The notes beneath the pieces were generated by a model, which was not told where the DNA came from, did not search any database, and was given only the letters and a program-made list of their open reading frames with translations. Positions 15,869-31,036 of a DNA stretch of 64,000 nucleotides are shown here, one piece after another. The translations under genes and the position numbers were made by a program. Positions within the stretch are counted from its first letter, which is position 1. Every line of letters begins with the position of its first letter. The DNA lies in assembly GCF_009914755.1 (NCBI RefSeq), contig NC_060925.1, one strand, 5' to 3'. This stretch comes from the human T2T-CHM13v2.0 reference genome, Homo sapiens.

Positions 15869-16099
15869 TATGTCAATATTGCTAACTGAATACTAGGTCA
15901 ATATTATTACATTGTTCTAATTCTGAATGTTGATGCCCATATGGTTAGCGCTAATAACCGTTGAATATGTCTGCAGTTTATCAAGGAGTTTTATCTTGTT
16001 CTAACAACAAAACAAAAGAAAAAGAAAATAGAAAACAGTGGGCATATTCAATCATCAAAGGACCCAATAACAGAGAGAAATGTAATTTACATTTCTTGA

Positions 16100-16235
16100 A
16101 TGCCACTATACATCAGACATTATGCTAGGCATTTTACATGGATTTATTGCTTAATCTTCCCAACGATCCTATGAGTAATTATGAGTAATGTATTATTATC
16201 CTATTTTACAGATGAAGAAAATGAGACTTGAAGGC
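16100..16235 (-). mobile_element. MIR
   Basis: tattattatcctattttacagatgaagaaaatgag MIR core. Confidence 0.75.
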
Positions 16236-16613
16236 AGAAAGTGGAATGTAGATGACACTCAGCTCTTCTTTGAGATGAAAACCCAAATGCATGAGGATAA
16301 ATCAGAGGAAGTTATTATAAGACAGGGAGGTTGAGAAAAATGTGTCACATGAGTTTCAGCACGAACAAAAGCAAGGTACTTTCATTTAAAATGTATTTAG
16401 AGGATAATGATAAGTCATTATTAACTACTCCTCTAAAATAATAATCCTCAATGGTTACAGCCAATATGCCAATAAAAGATTGGGCATTGCCAAAAATTAA
16501 AGGAAAATTAAATTGAAAACACTGTCCTTCCTTTCAACAAACTATGATATATCCCCATCTAAATATTCTACCCCATTCTGCTTGTTTCATCTCTAGAAAT
16601 GAATAATGGAACC

Positions 16614-16908
16614 AGCCAGGCATGGTGGCTCACACCCGTAATCCCAGCACTTTGGGAGGCAAAAGTGAAAGGTTGGCTTGAGCCCAGGAATTTGAGACCA
16701 ACCTGGGCAACATAGTGAGACCTCATCTGTACCAAAATATATATATAAATAAATAAGTAAATTAGCTGGATGTGGTGGCACGCACCTATGGTTCCAGCTA
16801 CTCTGGAGGCTAAAGGTGAAAGCCACAGTGAGCCATGATCACGCCACTGCACTTTCAGCCTGGGTGACAGAGCAAGGCCCCATCTCAAATAATAATAATA
16901 ATAATAAT
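16614..16908 (+). mobile_element. AluJ with (AAT)n tail
   Basis: Alu body; TSD aataatggaacca. Confidence 0.9.
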
Positions 16909-17984
16909 GGAACCAAGGAAGGCCCAAATGAAATTGAGCTTTTACCGAAAAGTGTCACTTGAAGTTTTTTTATGCTAAGAATAGTGTCTTTTATTCTCAG
17001 ATCACTTTTCATGATATGCTCGTCTAAACCCTGGAGTATGGTGGCAAGAAAGATGAACATGCTCACTCAGACTCTTATTCAGTAATTCATATAACAAATG
17101 TTATACACTGTACAGACACTAGAAATCAAAGATGATAAAGGTAACTTTTAGACACTTCCTGTCTAGACATCCCTGCCATTTTACTCTGATTTGGGCTATA
17201 AATCTAACCTGCACCAGGCTCTACCTGCCCCCTTGGGCTTGGAGAAATGGTTCCTTATTGTTGCACTGGTTTTCTTCAGCCTCCATCCTACACAAACCCT
17301 GGCCTAGATCATTCTCCCATCGCTCAGAGGCAAGCTGGTTACAAAAGTTTTATTGCCACTATTCCTCACCCCAACTAGCCTGGTTTTATGGACAAAATGT
17401 TTGATCTATGTTGGACCCTGGGATCAAAGTCCCTATGTCAACTTCAAATCCTTGCAGAAAAGAAAGGGGCAGAACCCATCTCTGTTCATAGACCTCGATT
17501 TTTATACAGAGTAAAATATTTTCATCAGGCCTTAGTGCAGATCATAGCACACGAAGACAATAAATCTACAGTACATTTTCTAAAATATTTATTTGATAAA
17601 ACATGGTCAATTTACCATTTAGAAAGAAAAAGTGCAGCTCTCTGCCAGTGCTCTCATTTAATTTTCCATAAACACCCTCTTTGAGGCTGAAGCAAATCTG
17701 ATGATTTTCAATGCGAAAACAAAATATAAAAACTGTTCTTGGAGTTATTTCTAAACAGAAGTAACAACAGAATCATCTGAATTATCAGAATCATCTATTT
17801 TGGAAAAATCGGATTCATCAAATGAATCTTCAGCCAACAATTGTCCAATAACAATGTTAATTAACATCATGCATAAGAATGCTATGTATTCTAGGATTTG
17901 ACATTTTTAGCCTTTTTAGCCATAGAGAATTACTACATTTTGTAAATGGAAATGCCATTACTAAAAACAGAATGTTATAAATAG

Positions 17985-18297
<313 letters not shown>

Positions 18298-18355
18298 GAA
18301 AGATGTCTTTTGTTTACAGAGTTGATATACTAGAGCAGTGTGAAAATAATAATGA

Positions 18356-18728
<373 letters not shown>

Positions 18729-19171
18729 TTATCTCAAGGTAAATGCTGCTGCAGCAAGCGCTGCTGGTGAGTATTCTCTGGGCAAATGGGAAAAGGGTTA
18801 ATGAATATTAACTCAATTAATGTTAACAAGCTCCTAATGGGAAATATATGGATCGTTGAAATAACATTAATCTAGTAACTACAATGGAAATAAAGGTCAG
18901 AACCAGCCTGGTAGTTTCAGAAAACACAGAGGACTGGGCCCCTCTTTCCCAAGGCTGGCCCTGAACTGGGCACAGAAGATTGATAGCACAAACACCATGC
19001 CTTTTCTGATGCTGGCTTGGATGAACTCACCGAGCCAGACTCCTTGGTTTGGCCATCTTTTTATCCCTACAGTTATTATCGTCTATTTTCTGACCTGGAG
19101 TACCTCTCATATGAGCAGCTGGGTACAACTGCCCCTACTAGGGGCCTGTACTTTTGCTGAAGGCTAAAGAT

Positions 19172-19375
19172 TTGTCACAGGTTGAGTTCTCTGGGAAGAA
19201 CACCCTGAGATGGAAATTAGCATGCAGGAAGTTTATTACAAAGTCTCTTGGGATCAAAACCTGTTTGGGAAGGGAAGAAAGCAAGATTGGGCAGAAGGAG
19301 AATTTGGCTACAATGTAGTCACACAAGGCCTTAGGGACCCCCCGGGGGAGCTGTGAAGATGGAGAGTTGCCTCCA
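19172..19375 (-). mobile_element. ERVL LTR fragment (LTR16-like)
   Basis: ctgagatggaaattagcatgcaggaagtttatt...aagattgggcagaaggaga pattern. Confidence 0.6.
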
Positions 19376-19389
19376 GTTGAAGTAAAGTT

Positions 19390-19790
19390 GATGTTGCTGA
19401 GCATCTTTTGATGTGCTTTTTGTACATTTGAATCTCTTCCTTAGAGAAATGTCTATTCTGATCCTTTGTCCATTTTTAAATTGGGCAATTTGTCTTTTTT
19501 TTGAGTTGTAAGAGTTCTTTACATATTCTGGATAAAATTATTTCATTATATATGATTTGCAAATATTCTATGGTATCTTTTTACTTTCTTGATGGTGTCC
19601 TTTGTAGTACCAATTTTTTCTTTTTGATGAAGTCCAATTTATTTTCTTTGGTTGCTTGTGCTTTTGGTGTCGTATCTAAGAAATCATGGTCTAATCCAAG
19701 ATCTCAGCTGTAGTTTATTCTGGGTTTTATAGTTTTAGCTCTTACATTTAAGACTGATTAATTCTGAGCTATCTTTTGTATATCATATAC
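19390..19790 (-). mobile_element. L1M ORF2/3' fragment
   Basis: gagaaatgtctattc, ttgagttgtaagagttctttacatattctggata L1 motifs. Confidence 0.8.
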
Positions 19791-21896
19791 AAGTAAAAAT
19801 TCAACATGGGCAACAACCTATACACTGTAACACTTGGCTAAATTACAAAGCAGTCGAGTGAGGTCTTCTGAAGCCTTAAAGTAAAGAAGAATGTTTTCTG
19901 TCAAAACTCCTGGTTGTGTGTATACTGCCATGAAAGGCCTGCAGTTCTTGGCAGGTTGCTACCGTACATTCAATATCCTGAATATAGTCTGCACAGACAT
20001 ATGTGGCCTGCATGCATCCTAACACCTTCTTGTACCTGAGGGCCTACAACACCTGCCTGGGTCAAAGATAGGCCCTTCAGGCACACGGGGTGACAGTGCC
20101 CACTCCCCAGTATTTGCACAGGCATGTGGCTGACAAGTCTGTACTCAAAGTTCTGAATATGTAAATCACTGCAGGTAACATAGAAGAAATGAAGAAATAT
20201 TTTAAAGAGATTAATCAGATTTTAGGTTAAGCTGATCAAATCTATTAGAGGTAACCTTTAGAAAGTTTTCAAAGCAAGCTGGGCATGGTGGTGAATGCTT
20301 GTAGTCCCATCTACTTGGAAGGCTGAGGCAGGTGGATCCCTTGAGACTAGCCTGGGCAATATAGCAAGGCCCTTGTCTCTGGGGGAAAAAAAGAGAATAT
20401 TTTCAAAGTAGAAGAGTAGAAGAAAAGAAGCATTTTAAGAGCTAAATTGATGTGTGCTCAAGAAGAAGTATCCTTGATAAAGCATCCTACCTAGACCTCA
20501 GCAGAAGAAACTACCAATTTCTGGTTGGGTGGTTGTATATAAGAGAGTTTTAGGCTGAAATAAGACTGAAATTTAAAGCTAACAAAATGTCTTAAAGATC
20601 TGGACCACAGGCATTAATCAGCTGAGGAAATAAAAGCTAAAGAATTAGTTTGTAAAGCTTAATGAATTAAATTAGGTTAAGCTAATTGAAGTTAAGTTGT
20701 TCTGCAACTATATTCCACCTACTTTTATAATGTTTGTACCCTAAGATTTCCTTTCAGGAGAACAAACTAGTTTTACTGTCTCATCAGCTAACCAAATATG
20801 CTGTGCTGAGAACTGAGAACTGAAAGGGTTTAAGCCTTAAGTAAAATGCAGGGCAAGCTGGGCACCTTTGCACACACCTATGTTCTCAGCTACTTGGGAG
20901 GCTGCAGTGCAAGATCTCTTGAGCCCAGGAGTTCAGGTCCAGCTTGGGCAAAATAGTGAGACCCTGTTTCTAAGAAAAAAAATGAATAAAATACAAAACA
21001 TTTTCCTTTATTGCTTTTGTGAAAAATGGAAATTTATGTGCAAAACTCATTTATTCATTCAACAAATACCTACTGATCATCTAATTGACAGGATGTTGTT
21101 CTAGGCACTAGGGATATCATGGGAAAAAAAAACACACAAAGTCTTCCCTCTCATGGAGCATATATTCTACTAAGAAAGCCAGATAATAAAAAATATTTTT
21201 TTCAAGTGGCGATAAGTGTTGTGAAGCAAAAAAAGGAACAGAGTGACTGAAAGGTTCTGTTAGATATATGGCAGTCAGAGAAGGTGAAATTTGCTCTGGT
21301 CCAATTAATCAATATTATTCAATAAAATTATCAGTCATCAAGCCCTTCTTGAGTGACTACCAGAATGATAATAGCAGTATGTGAGTACTTCTAGTGTCAA
21401 GCATTATTTAACTTATTCTTACAACAAGTCTGAGGTAGGTATTATTATTTCAAATTTACAGTAGATGAAACTGAGCCTTAGAGTGGCTGACTGTTCTAGT
21501 TATCTATTGCTGTGTAACAAAACTTCTCAAAACTTACTGGCTTAAAATAACAACCATTACTTCTTTGCTCATAATTCTGCAATTTGGTCAGGGCTTGGTG
21601 ACCAAACACTTGGAGATGAGCCAACAGCTTGTAGACTCCACATGGTGTCATCTGGAATGGCTTGATGGGGCTGGAGGATCCACACCCAAGATGGTCTCAC
21701 ACACAAAGCTGACAAATTGGCACTAGCTGTCAACTGGAAGCGCAACTGGGGCTGTTGGCAAACAGCCTCAGTTGTCTTCCACATGGCCTCTGCAAATAGC
21801 AAGATTAGGCTTCTCACAGCATGGCTATCTCAGGGAGATTAGTTGTCTTAAATGGCTACTGGCTTCTCCCAGAGCACAAAAGTAAAAGATGCCAGG

Positions 21897-22552
21897 TGTA
21901 TTATTAGTCCATTTCTCACACTGCTATAAAGAAATACTTGAGACTGGGTAATTTAAAAAAAGAAGAGGTATAAGGGAATTGAACAATGAGAACACATGGA
22001 CACAGGAAGGGGAACATCACACACCGGGGCCTGTTGTGGGGTGGGGGGAGGGGGGAGAGAGAGCATTAGGAGATATACCCAGTGCTAAATGACAAGTTAA
22101 TGGGTGCAGCACACTAACATGGCACAGGTATACGTATGTAACAAACCTGCACGTTGTGCACATGTACCCTAAAACTTGAAGTATAATAAAAACAAAAAGA
22201 AGAAGAGGTTTAATTGGCTCATGATTCTGCAGGCTGAACAGGAGGCATGGCAGGATCTGCTTCTGGGGAGGCCTCAGGGAGTTTTTACTCATGGCAGAAG
22301 GTAAAGCAGGAGCAGCTGCCTTCATATGGCAGGGGCAGGTGGAAGACAGAGTGGGGAGGTGCTACACACTCTTAAATGGCCAGATCTCATGGGAACTCTC
22401 TCACAATGAACAGTACCAAGGGGGGTAGTGCTAAACCATTCATGAGAACTCTGTCCCCATGATCCAATCACCTACCTCCAGGCCCCACCTTCAACACTGG
22501 AGATTACAATTTGACAGGAGATTTGGTGGGGACACAGATTCAAACCATATGA
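21897..22552 (-). mobile_element. MST (MaLR) solo LTR nested in MLT1
   Basis: tgtattattagtcc...caaaccatatga with 5-bp TSD CCAGG (21892-21896 / 22553-22557). Confidence 0.88.
21970..22195 (+). mobile_element. L1PA 3' end nested in the MST
   Basis: gggaattgaacaatgagaacacatggacacagg...catgtaccctaaaacttgaagtataataaa; TSD aagaagagg. Confidence 0.92.
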
Positions 22553-22743
22553 CCAGGACTTCTTAATAGCTGGACCCAGAAGTCTCATAAGGTCACTTCT
22601 GCCACATCTCACTGGTGAAGGTCAAGAAGTCAGACCCAATTCAGTCAGAGGGACTACACAGGGGCATGAATAATGAATGCTAGGACACACGATTCATTGG
22701 GAACCATGAATATAATTGACCACCACAGTTTACCTTTGGCTTC

Positions 22744-22791
22744 TACTTGTTTTTTTGGGTTTTTTTTGTTTGTTTGTTTGTTTGTTTGTTT

Positions 22792-22824
<33 letters not shown>

Positions 22825-22869
22825 TGGTCAGGGAGCCTCCTGAGCCAGAATAGGTTCAGAGAGTCTCCC
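22744..22869 (-). mobile_element. Short retroposed RNA copy: 46-nt LTR-like hairpin plus ~80-nt A-rich tail
   Basis: Body 22824-22869, T-rich tail 22744-22823, 13-bp TSD T(A/G)CCTTTGGCTTC at 22731-22743 and 22870-22882. Confidence 0.8.
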
Positions 22870-23248
22870 TGCCTTTGGCTTCAAATGATTTATGTTCCTC
22901 CACATGCAAAGTGTACTCACATCTCCCAACACCTCCAAAAGTCTCATTCCATTCTTCTGTTGGTTCCAAATCTAGATCTTCCTGGGATCCCTGTTTTATA
23001 GTACCACCATCTACCCGGATGCTTAAACCAGAAACTTATTCATTCTCCTTATTTCCTCCCCTCCCCCACCATTTCAATCTAGCATCCTATATTGTTGACT
23101 TTACTTCCTAAACATCTCCCTAATCAGTTCACTTCCTTCCTTTTTCACCTTCTCAATTCTAAGCTATCATAATCTGTTATCTGGACTATTGTAAAAAAAA
23201 AACCTCCAAATAATCCCCCTCACCCCCTCTTGCTCTTCCTCTAATTTG

Positions 23249-23460
23249 GCAGTTCTCAATTAGGTATGATTTTCCCCCTTGGAACGTTTGGCAATGTCCA
23301 GAGACGTTTTTGGTTATCTCATCTCAGGGGGTGGGTGCTCCTGGCGTCTGATGTAGAGAAGCCAGGGATGCTGCTAAACATCCTGCAATGCGCAGGACAG
23401 CCCCTACAACAAAGAGTTATCCATCCCCAAACGTCGATAATGCTGAGGCTGAGAAACCTG
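23249..23460 (+). mobile_element. MER20 within L2 remnants
   Basis: gcagttctcaa...tttggcaatgtccagagacgtttttggt...gctgaggctgagaaacctg. Confidence 0.88.
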
Positions 23461-23879
23461 GCAATCTTTTTTTTAGCAAGTAGTCAGAAAAGTCTTTTTC
23501 AAAGGCAATCATGACAACACACTGCTGAAAATTCTTCAAGCTCTTCCTACTGATTTTAGGTTAAGACCATAAATCTTTTTTTGTCCATAGGGTCTTCTAC
23601 AGTGTAGCTCCTTCCAGTCTCTTTCATCTCAGCTCATGCACTCTGCCTCTTGCTTTTTGTGTTCCAGCCACATGGGTCTGCCTTCAATTATCATGTACAC
23701 ACTGTGTCTCACCATAGGGCCTTACTTACCTTCTGTCAGTAATGCTCCTCTGCTCTGCCACCAAATACACACACCTAGTTAACTCCTGTTCATCTTTCTG
23801 ATCACAGTTCAAGTATCTCTTCCTTAAGGAAGATTTCCCTAACCCTCCAGACTAAGTATAAGTTCTCATAGCCCTATGA

Positions 23880-24243
<364 letters not shown>

Positions 24244-24414
24244 TCACAGCGGTGTATATTTATGCACTTATTTGTGTCACTATTTGATTAGTGTCTGGTC
24301 CCTCCCTACACACTAGATATAAACACCAGGAGGGCTAGGTCATGTCCATTGCGTTCATGTTGTAATCCCAGTTGCTAGTGCAATGGCTGATATACAGAAG
24401 ACACTCAGTAATAT

Positions 24415-25710
24415 TTTAAAAATTAGTAGTCTTTAATTTTTAGAACAGTATCAGGTTCACAGAAAAATTGAGCAGGTGGCAGAGTTACCATATAATTCCC
24501 CCCCCACCCCCAGTTTCCGCTATTATTAACATGTTGCATTAGTGTGGTATATTTGTTACAATTAATGAACCAATATTGATGTGTCATTATTAACTACAGT
24601 CTATCATTTACATTAAGGTTTATTCTTTGTGTTGTATAGTTCTACAGGTTCTGACAAATGCGTAATGTCCTATACACACCATGATAGCATACAGAATTGT
24701 TTCAGCTTCCTCAAAATCCCCTGTGCTTCACCTATCCATTCCTCCTCTGCCACCACTTCCTGCAAACTACTAATCTTTTACCTGTCTGTAGTTTTTTCTT
24801 TTCTAGAATGCCATATTAGTTGGAACCATACAGTGTGTAACCTTTTCAGATTGACTCCATTCGCTTAGCAATAGGCATTTTAAGTTTCCTTCATGGAAAC
24901 TCTTATTTCATGGCTTCATAGCTAATTTCTTTTGATCAAATAATGATATTCCACTGTATAGATACACCTGTTTCTTTATTTATCTATGGAAGGACATCTG
25001 GTTTCCAGTTATTGGCAATTATGAATAAAGATGCTATAAATATTTGTGTGCAGGTTTGTGTGTGAACATACTCATTTGGATAAATACCTAAATGTGCGAT
25101 CATGTGATAAGACTATGTTTAAATTTGTAAGAAAGCCAAACTGTCTTCCAAAGTGGCTATACCATTCTTCAGCAATGATGACAGCTCCTGTTGCTTTACC
25201 TTGTTGTCAGCATTTAGTCTTGTCAGTTTTTGTTTTGTTTTGTTTTGTTTTTGGCCATTCTAATAGGTGTTGTAGTAGTATCCCATTGTTTAATTTGCAG
25301 TTTCCTAATGACATATGATGTTAAGCATCTTTTAATATGTCTATTTGCCTTATGTGTATCTTCTTTGATGAGGTGTCTGTTTAGGGCTGTTGCCCATTTT
25401 TAAAGTATGTTGTTTGTTTTCTTATTGTTGAACTCTAAGTATTCTTTGTATATTTTGGATACAACTTCTTTACCAGACATATATTTTGAAAAAAATTTCT
25501 CTTAGTTTGTGTTTTGTCTTTTAATTATCTTAACAGTATCTTTAGAAGAGTAGATGTTTTAATTTTTAATTAACTCAAACTTATCAATTTTTGAGTCCAT
25601 GGATTGTGGTTTGGTGTTTCCTCTAAAAACTCATTGCTAAACCTAAGTTACGTAGACTTTCTCCTTTGTTATCTCCTTCTGTAAGTTTTATAGTTTTGAA
25701 TTTTACATTT
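24415..25710 (-). mobile_element. L1MC/L1MD-type 3' region
   Basis: aggttcacagaaaaattgagcag, tttgttacaattaatgaaccaatattgat and ORF2-end motifs. Confidence 0.85.
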
Positions 25711-26689
25711 CTGGCCACTCTCAGTAGTATTTGTTAAATAAGTTAATGAGGGCTAATGGCAATAGAAATGAAATAGAAGAGCTTGGGTGAGAAGAAAATT
25801 ACCGGCTTGATAGATTTAGAAGGCATCAGCATAAAAATAATAGTCAAAGCCTGCTGGGAACTCATCTGGGAAACTAAGTTGCTTTCAGACATAGTTGAGA
25901 CAGGCAGCTGACCGGAAGGGCAAGATTTAGGGCAAACCAATAGGTCAGAAGAGAACACAAGGACCTGATTCATTGATCAGAGATTGAGGAGAGGCAATCC
26001 AGTACCCTGGAGAGCTCCTAGAGCATCTACATTTTCGAAACGTGGGAGCTCTCAAATGCCCCTAGCTGACAGCATTTAAGTTGTCTCAAAGTCTCACAAG
26101 ACCAGAAACCTATGTAACTGCACTGCATTAGTTTCAACTAAGTCTTCTTAAATATTAAAACAGTATAAAATTACAACTTATAAAAAATTGAAAAATAGGA
26201 GCACAAAGAATAAAATAAAATCCTACCACATTAAGTACATTCATTATTAATTGATGATAAAATGATATGTATAAATGAATCCTACTTATCCATTCCAATT
26301 TTCCTTTGCCAGAAATCCTTCAAATGCTCCAATTTAATGTATAAATTATGTGGAATTAAATTTGATTATCTAAGATTGCGTAATTAAATATACTCTGCTT
26401 CAGTTATAATTATTATTTGTGCCAAGCCCTTGTCCCTGGCATGAGAGAGACAGTGAAGAGCAGTAGTCAGTCAAACTGGATTGGGGTACCAAAGCTTGAT
26501 TAGGTGTGTAGTTTTCCATCTGATACCAGCCGTCTCCTTTCTTGAGCTCCAGATGCATTGCAGTCACAGCAACCTCTTTATTTGCAGTGTAATTCCCTTG
26601 TTGAATCCTATTTCTGTACAATGACAGAGAGATATTAATCAAGGATGGACTTATTTTAAAGCTTCTTATGGTTCTTTTATTTCTATATA

Positions 26690-26915
26690 AGATAGTGGTT
26701 AAAGAGTAGTTTCCAAAGTCAAACAAAAGTGGATTCAAATATGTATATTGTATGACTCTGCACAATTTGCTTATCTTCTCTGCCTCAGTTGTTTTATCTG
26801 TAAAATAGGAATTTATTCTATCTTCTTCATAAGGTTGTTTGAAAAATTAAATAAAGAACATATGCAAAGTACTTTTCATGCAGCTTGGTGCAAAGTAAGC
26901 ATTCAGTAAATGTTA
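26690..26915 (+). mobile_element. MIR
   Basis: tctctgcctcagttgttttatctgtaaaatagg core. Confidence 0.75.
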
Positions 26916-27206
26916 TTATTTTTTCTGTTACTATTGTTATTATCATATGAAAGTTCATATTTAGTTAGCATGTTAGTAGACTCAAAGTATTTTGGCAGCT
27001 TAGAATAGCAACCCTTTTTATTTTGGGAAATAGGTCTCTCCAACTCTAAATATGTGCTTCTTGTGGTGCAGTTAATATTATAAAAGACTCCATCTCTCTG
27101 CCCACAAAGGTGGTTATCGATATAATTTTGTTGATCAAAATATCTCATCCTCTTGGCTATAGCACCTGGCCCAGGTTGGGCACGTGAACCAAACCTGGTT
27201 GGCTAG

Positions 27207-28263
<1,057 letters not shown>

Positions 28264-28825
28264 GAATACTTTCCTGGTTTATTTTTTATTTTTTTGGCTA
28301 GAACTATAAAGTGGGCTATGGAGGTAAAGGAGGAGGCTGGGGGAGTGAATATCCTTTTCTTAACTGGTTGCTATACTCAAATGTAACCTTGCTGAAAGCT
28401 GTTTCCCACTAAATAAAGAAACTATCTGCAGCAGAGAATGAAAGCAACATTCAGACAGGAGCAGAAATAAATGAGAGACGGCCAGGGGAATCTTGACATC
28501 TTTCTACTCTGTTTCCAGACAACACCAAGGGATGGGGTGCCACCCTTCTGAGGCTTGTGTTGGTTGCAATAATGACCCTTGCAATAAAAAATGTCTTGCT
28601 CCATACCACTTTTCATATAAGTCTCTCACAATGAGACCCAACTGCCTTTCCATCCTTGTTTTTATCCTTCACACTAGGTTCCATTGAATTTTTTCCTCAT
28701 TCCTAGGATGTATCACACCCTTCACACCTGTATACATTTGTACTACATCTTAATTACTTATTAATGCCATTGTCTCCAGACTCCGAGCTCTCCAGTCCAG
28801 CTGGTGGACATATAAATATATATTT

Positions 28826-29397
28826 AAATTTTTTATTTTACTTTAAGTTCCGGGATACATGTGCAGAATGTTCAGGTTTGTTACATAGGTATACATGTGC
28901 CATGGTGGTTTGCTACACCCATCAACCCATCATCTACATTAGGTATTTCTCCTAATGCTGTCCCTCCTCTAGCCCCCAACCCCCGACAGGGCCCAGTGTG
29001 TGATGTTCCCCCTCCCTGTGTCCATGTGTTCTCATTGTTCAACTCCCACTTATGAGTGAGAACATGCAGTGTTTGGTTTTCTGTTCCTGTGTTAGTTTGC
29101 TGAGAATGATGGTTTCCAGCTTCATCCATGTCCCTGCAAAGGACATGGACTCATCCTTTTTATGGTTGCATAGTATTCCATGGTGTATATGTGCCACATT
29201 TTCTTTATCCAGTCTATCATTGATGGACATTTGGGACTAGGTTTTATGCCCCACATTCATTATGTATTTGTCCTAATGCTCTCCCTCCCCTTGCCCCCAC
29301 CCCTCGACAGGCCCCTGTGTGTGATGTTCCCCTCCCTGCATCCATGTGTTCTCATTGTTCAACTCCCACTTATGAGTGAGAGCATGCGGTGTTTGGT
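28826..29397 (-). mobile_element. Two joined L1PA 3'UTR segments
   Basis: gttctcattgttcaactcccacttatgagtgaga occurs twice (near 29028 and 29348) in the same orientation. Confidence 0.88.
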
Positions 29398-29667
29398 TAT
29401 ATACATTTTTAATGTTTGTATCCTGTCCTAACAGTGGATAGCACAGTCCTTCACATGTAGAAGAACATAGTTAACATTGTTAAGCCAATGAATATCCATT
29501 TTAAAATTTATGTAAGGGCTGCTTTACGACTGATGCTCTGTGCCAGAGGAATTTCCAATGACAGGATGTAAAAAAAGGGTAATGCCCTCCTATCCTCAAG
29601 TAGCTCAGAGTTTAATTAGGAGAGTCAGACATGTAGTGAGTGCTGCAAGAGAAAAAGAAATGAAGCG

Positions 29668-29719
29668 CATATATATATATATATATGTATATATATGTGT
29701 GTATATATATATGTATATA
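29668..29719. repeat. (TA)n/(TATG)n microsatellite
   Basis: Direct reading. Confidence 0.9.
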
Positions 29720-31036
29720 ATCTCATTTAGTCTGTATAATAAAGCTTTAATGTTGATATTCTTATTTTCTCCATTGAGCCCCCAAAGAATCTCAGGCTGT
29801 GGGAGTTCAGGAAACTTGCCTAAGATCACTCAGCTATAAAAGTGACAGAGGCTGGCTGGCAACTGAAGTCCTCTTTCCTCTAAAGATTCCTGCCTCTGCT
29901 ACTCAGTGGACAAATTAGCAGTGTGAAGCAAAAAAAGGAAGAAGATTTATTTTTCTTGCCATTATATAATTCATTCTCTCTCTCTCTCTTATTCCTCCTC
30001 CCAAATTTTGATGATTTAATATTCAAAACCTTGTGTCGTGAGCAGGGTATGTGAAGATGGGAATTGGAACCTAGCCCTTATGACTCTTAATCGAGTGATT
30101 TGTTTTGACTGCAAACACACTTTTCAATCACTCACCTTAAGTTTCCAACTGCCAAGACAGCACTAATATCACTTGATGGAAGCACATGCAAATTCTTATG
30201 AGATTGGAGTAGGGGGAAGATGATTTAATAAATCTAAAATTATTAGGTAACAGTAAGAGTCAAAACTAAAATTTTTTATGCTCCTGAAAGTTTACGTCAT
30301 GCAACTATATTTGGAAAAGATGATATGATGCTTAATTTTAGATTCATTTGTATAGTTTCAATATATTCCATAATTAGAACTTATACTTTATAGATATAAG
30401 ACTATATATCTATATAGGCAGGGAGATTCAGACAATTTATTATAAAATAATAAGAACACTAATGCCTTTCTGGCTAAATTCAGGAGGGTACAACTTGACA
30501 GCCCCTGACTTTATGTCCACGATGTGCATACTTGTTTCCCACCCAGGGATTTCACTGTTGACCTTGAGGCATGAGACACAATAAAAATCCACAGTAGCCC
30601 TGTAGGCAACTCAGAGGTGCTAGGCAGGAGTCTTAATACCCTGGGGAGAGAACTACTGACTAAAGGGAGATGGGAGCTGGTGGATAAATTCTTCTTCTTT
30701 CCTCCCGCAGTGGACTGAGAACTACCTTCATCTCCATGCAACTGCCTTTGTTTCTGCTTTCAATGTCTTTATTCTCTACCTTCACCACTTTTTCAGCTGG
30801 CAAAGAAATTCCTCTGCCATCATCTCTTAAGCCACAGCTTTCATCCCTTTCTCTGTTGCTGCTGCCCCTGCCTTCTCCTTATTCACTGCCTTCCATCTCA
30901 TCCTTCTCTTGCCCCCTACTCTGGCACTGAGAAAGCTATCACTTTGTCTTTTTACCCCAATCTCAAAGCCATCACTGTGCTCAGTAGCCCTGATCTACTT
31001 AGATGATAACAAAAATATTTTCTTATTTTTAAAATG

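Larger units (their letters stand above)
21492..22960 (-). mobile_element. MLT1 (MaLR) LTR plus adjacent internal sequence, hosting nested inserts
   Basis: tgttctagttatctattgctgtgtaacaaa...ggcttaaaataacaacc MLT1 end; resumes after the MST at 22553. Confidence 0.8.
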
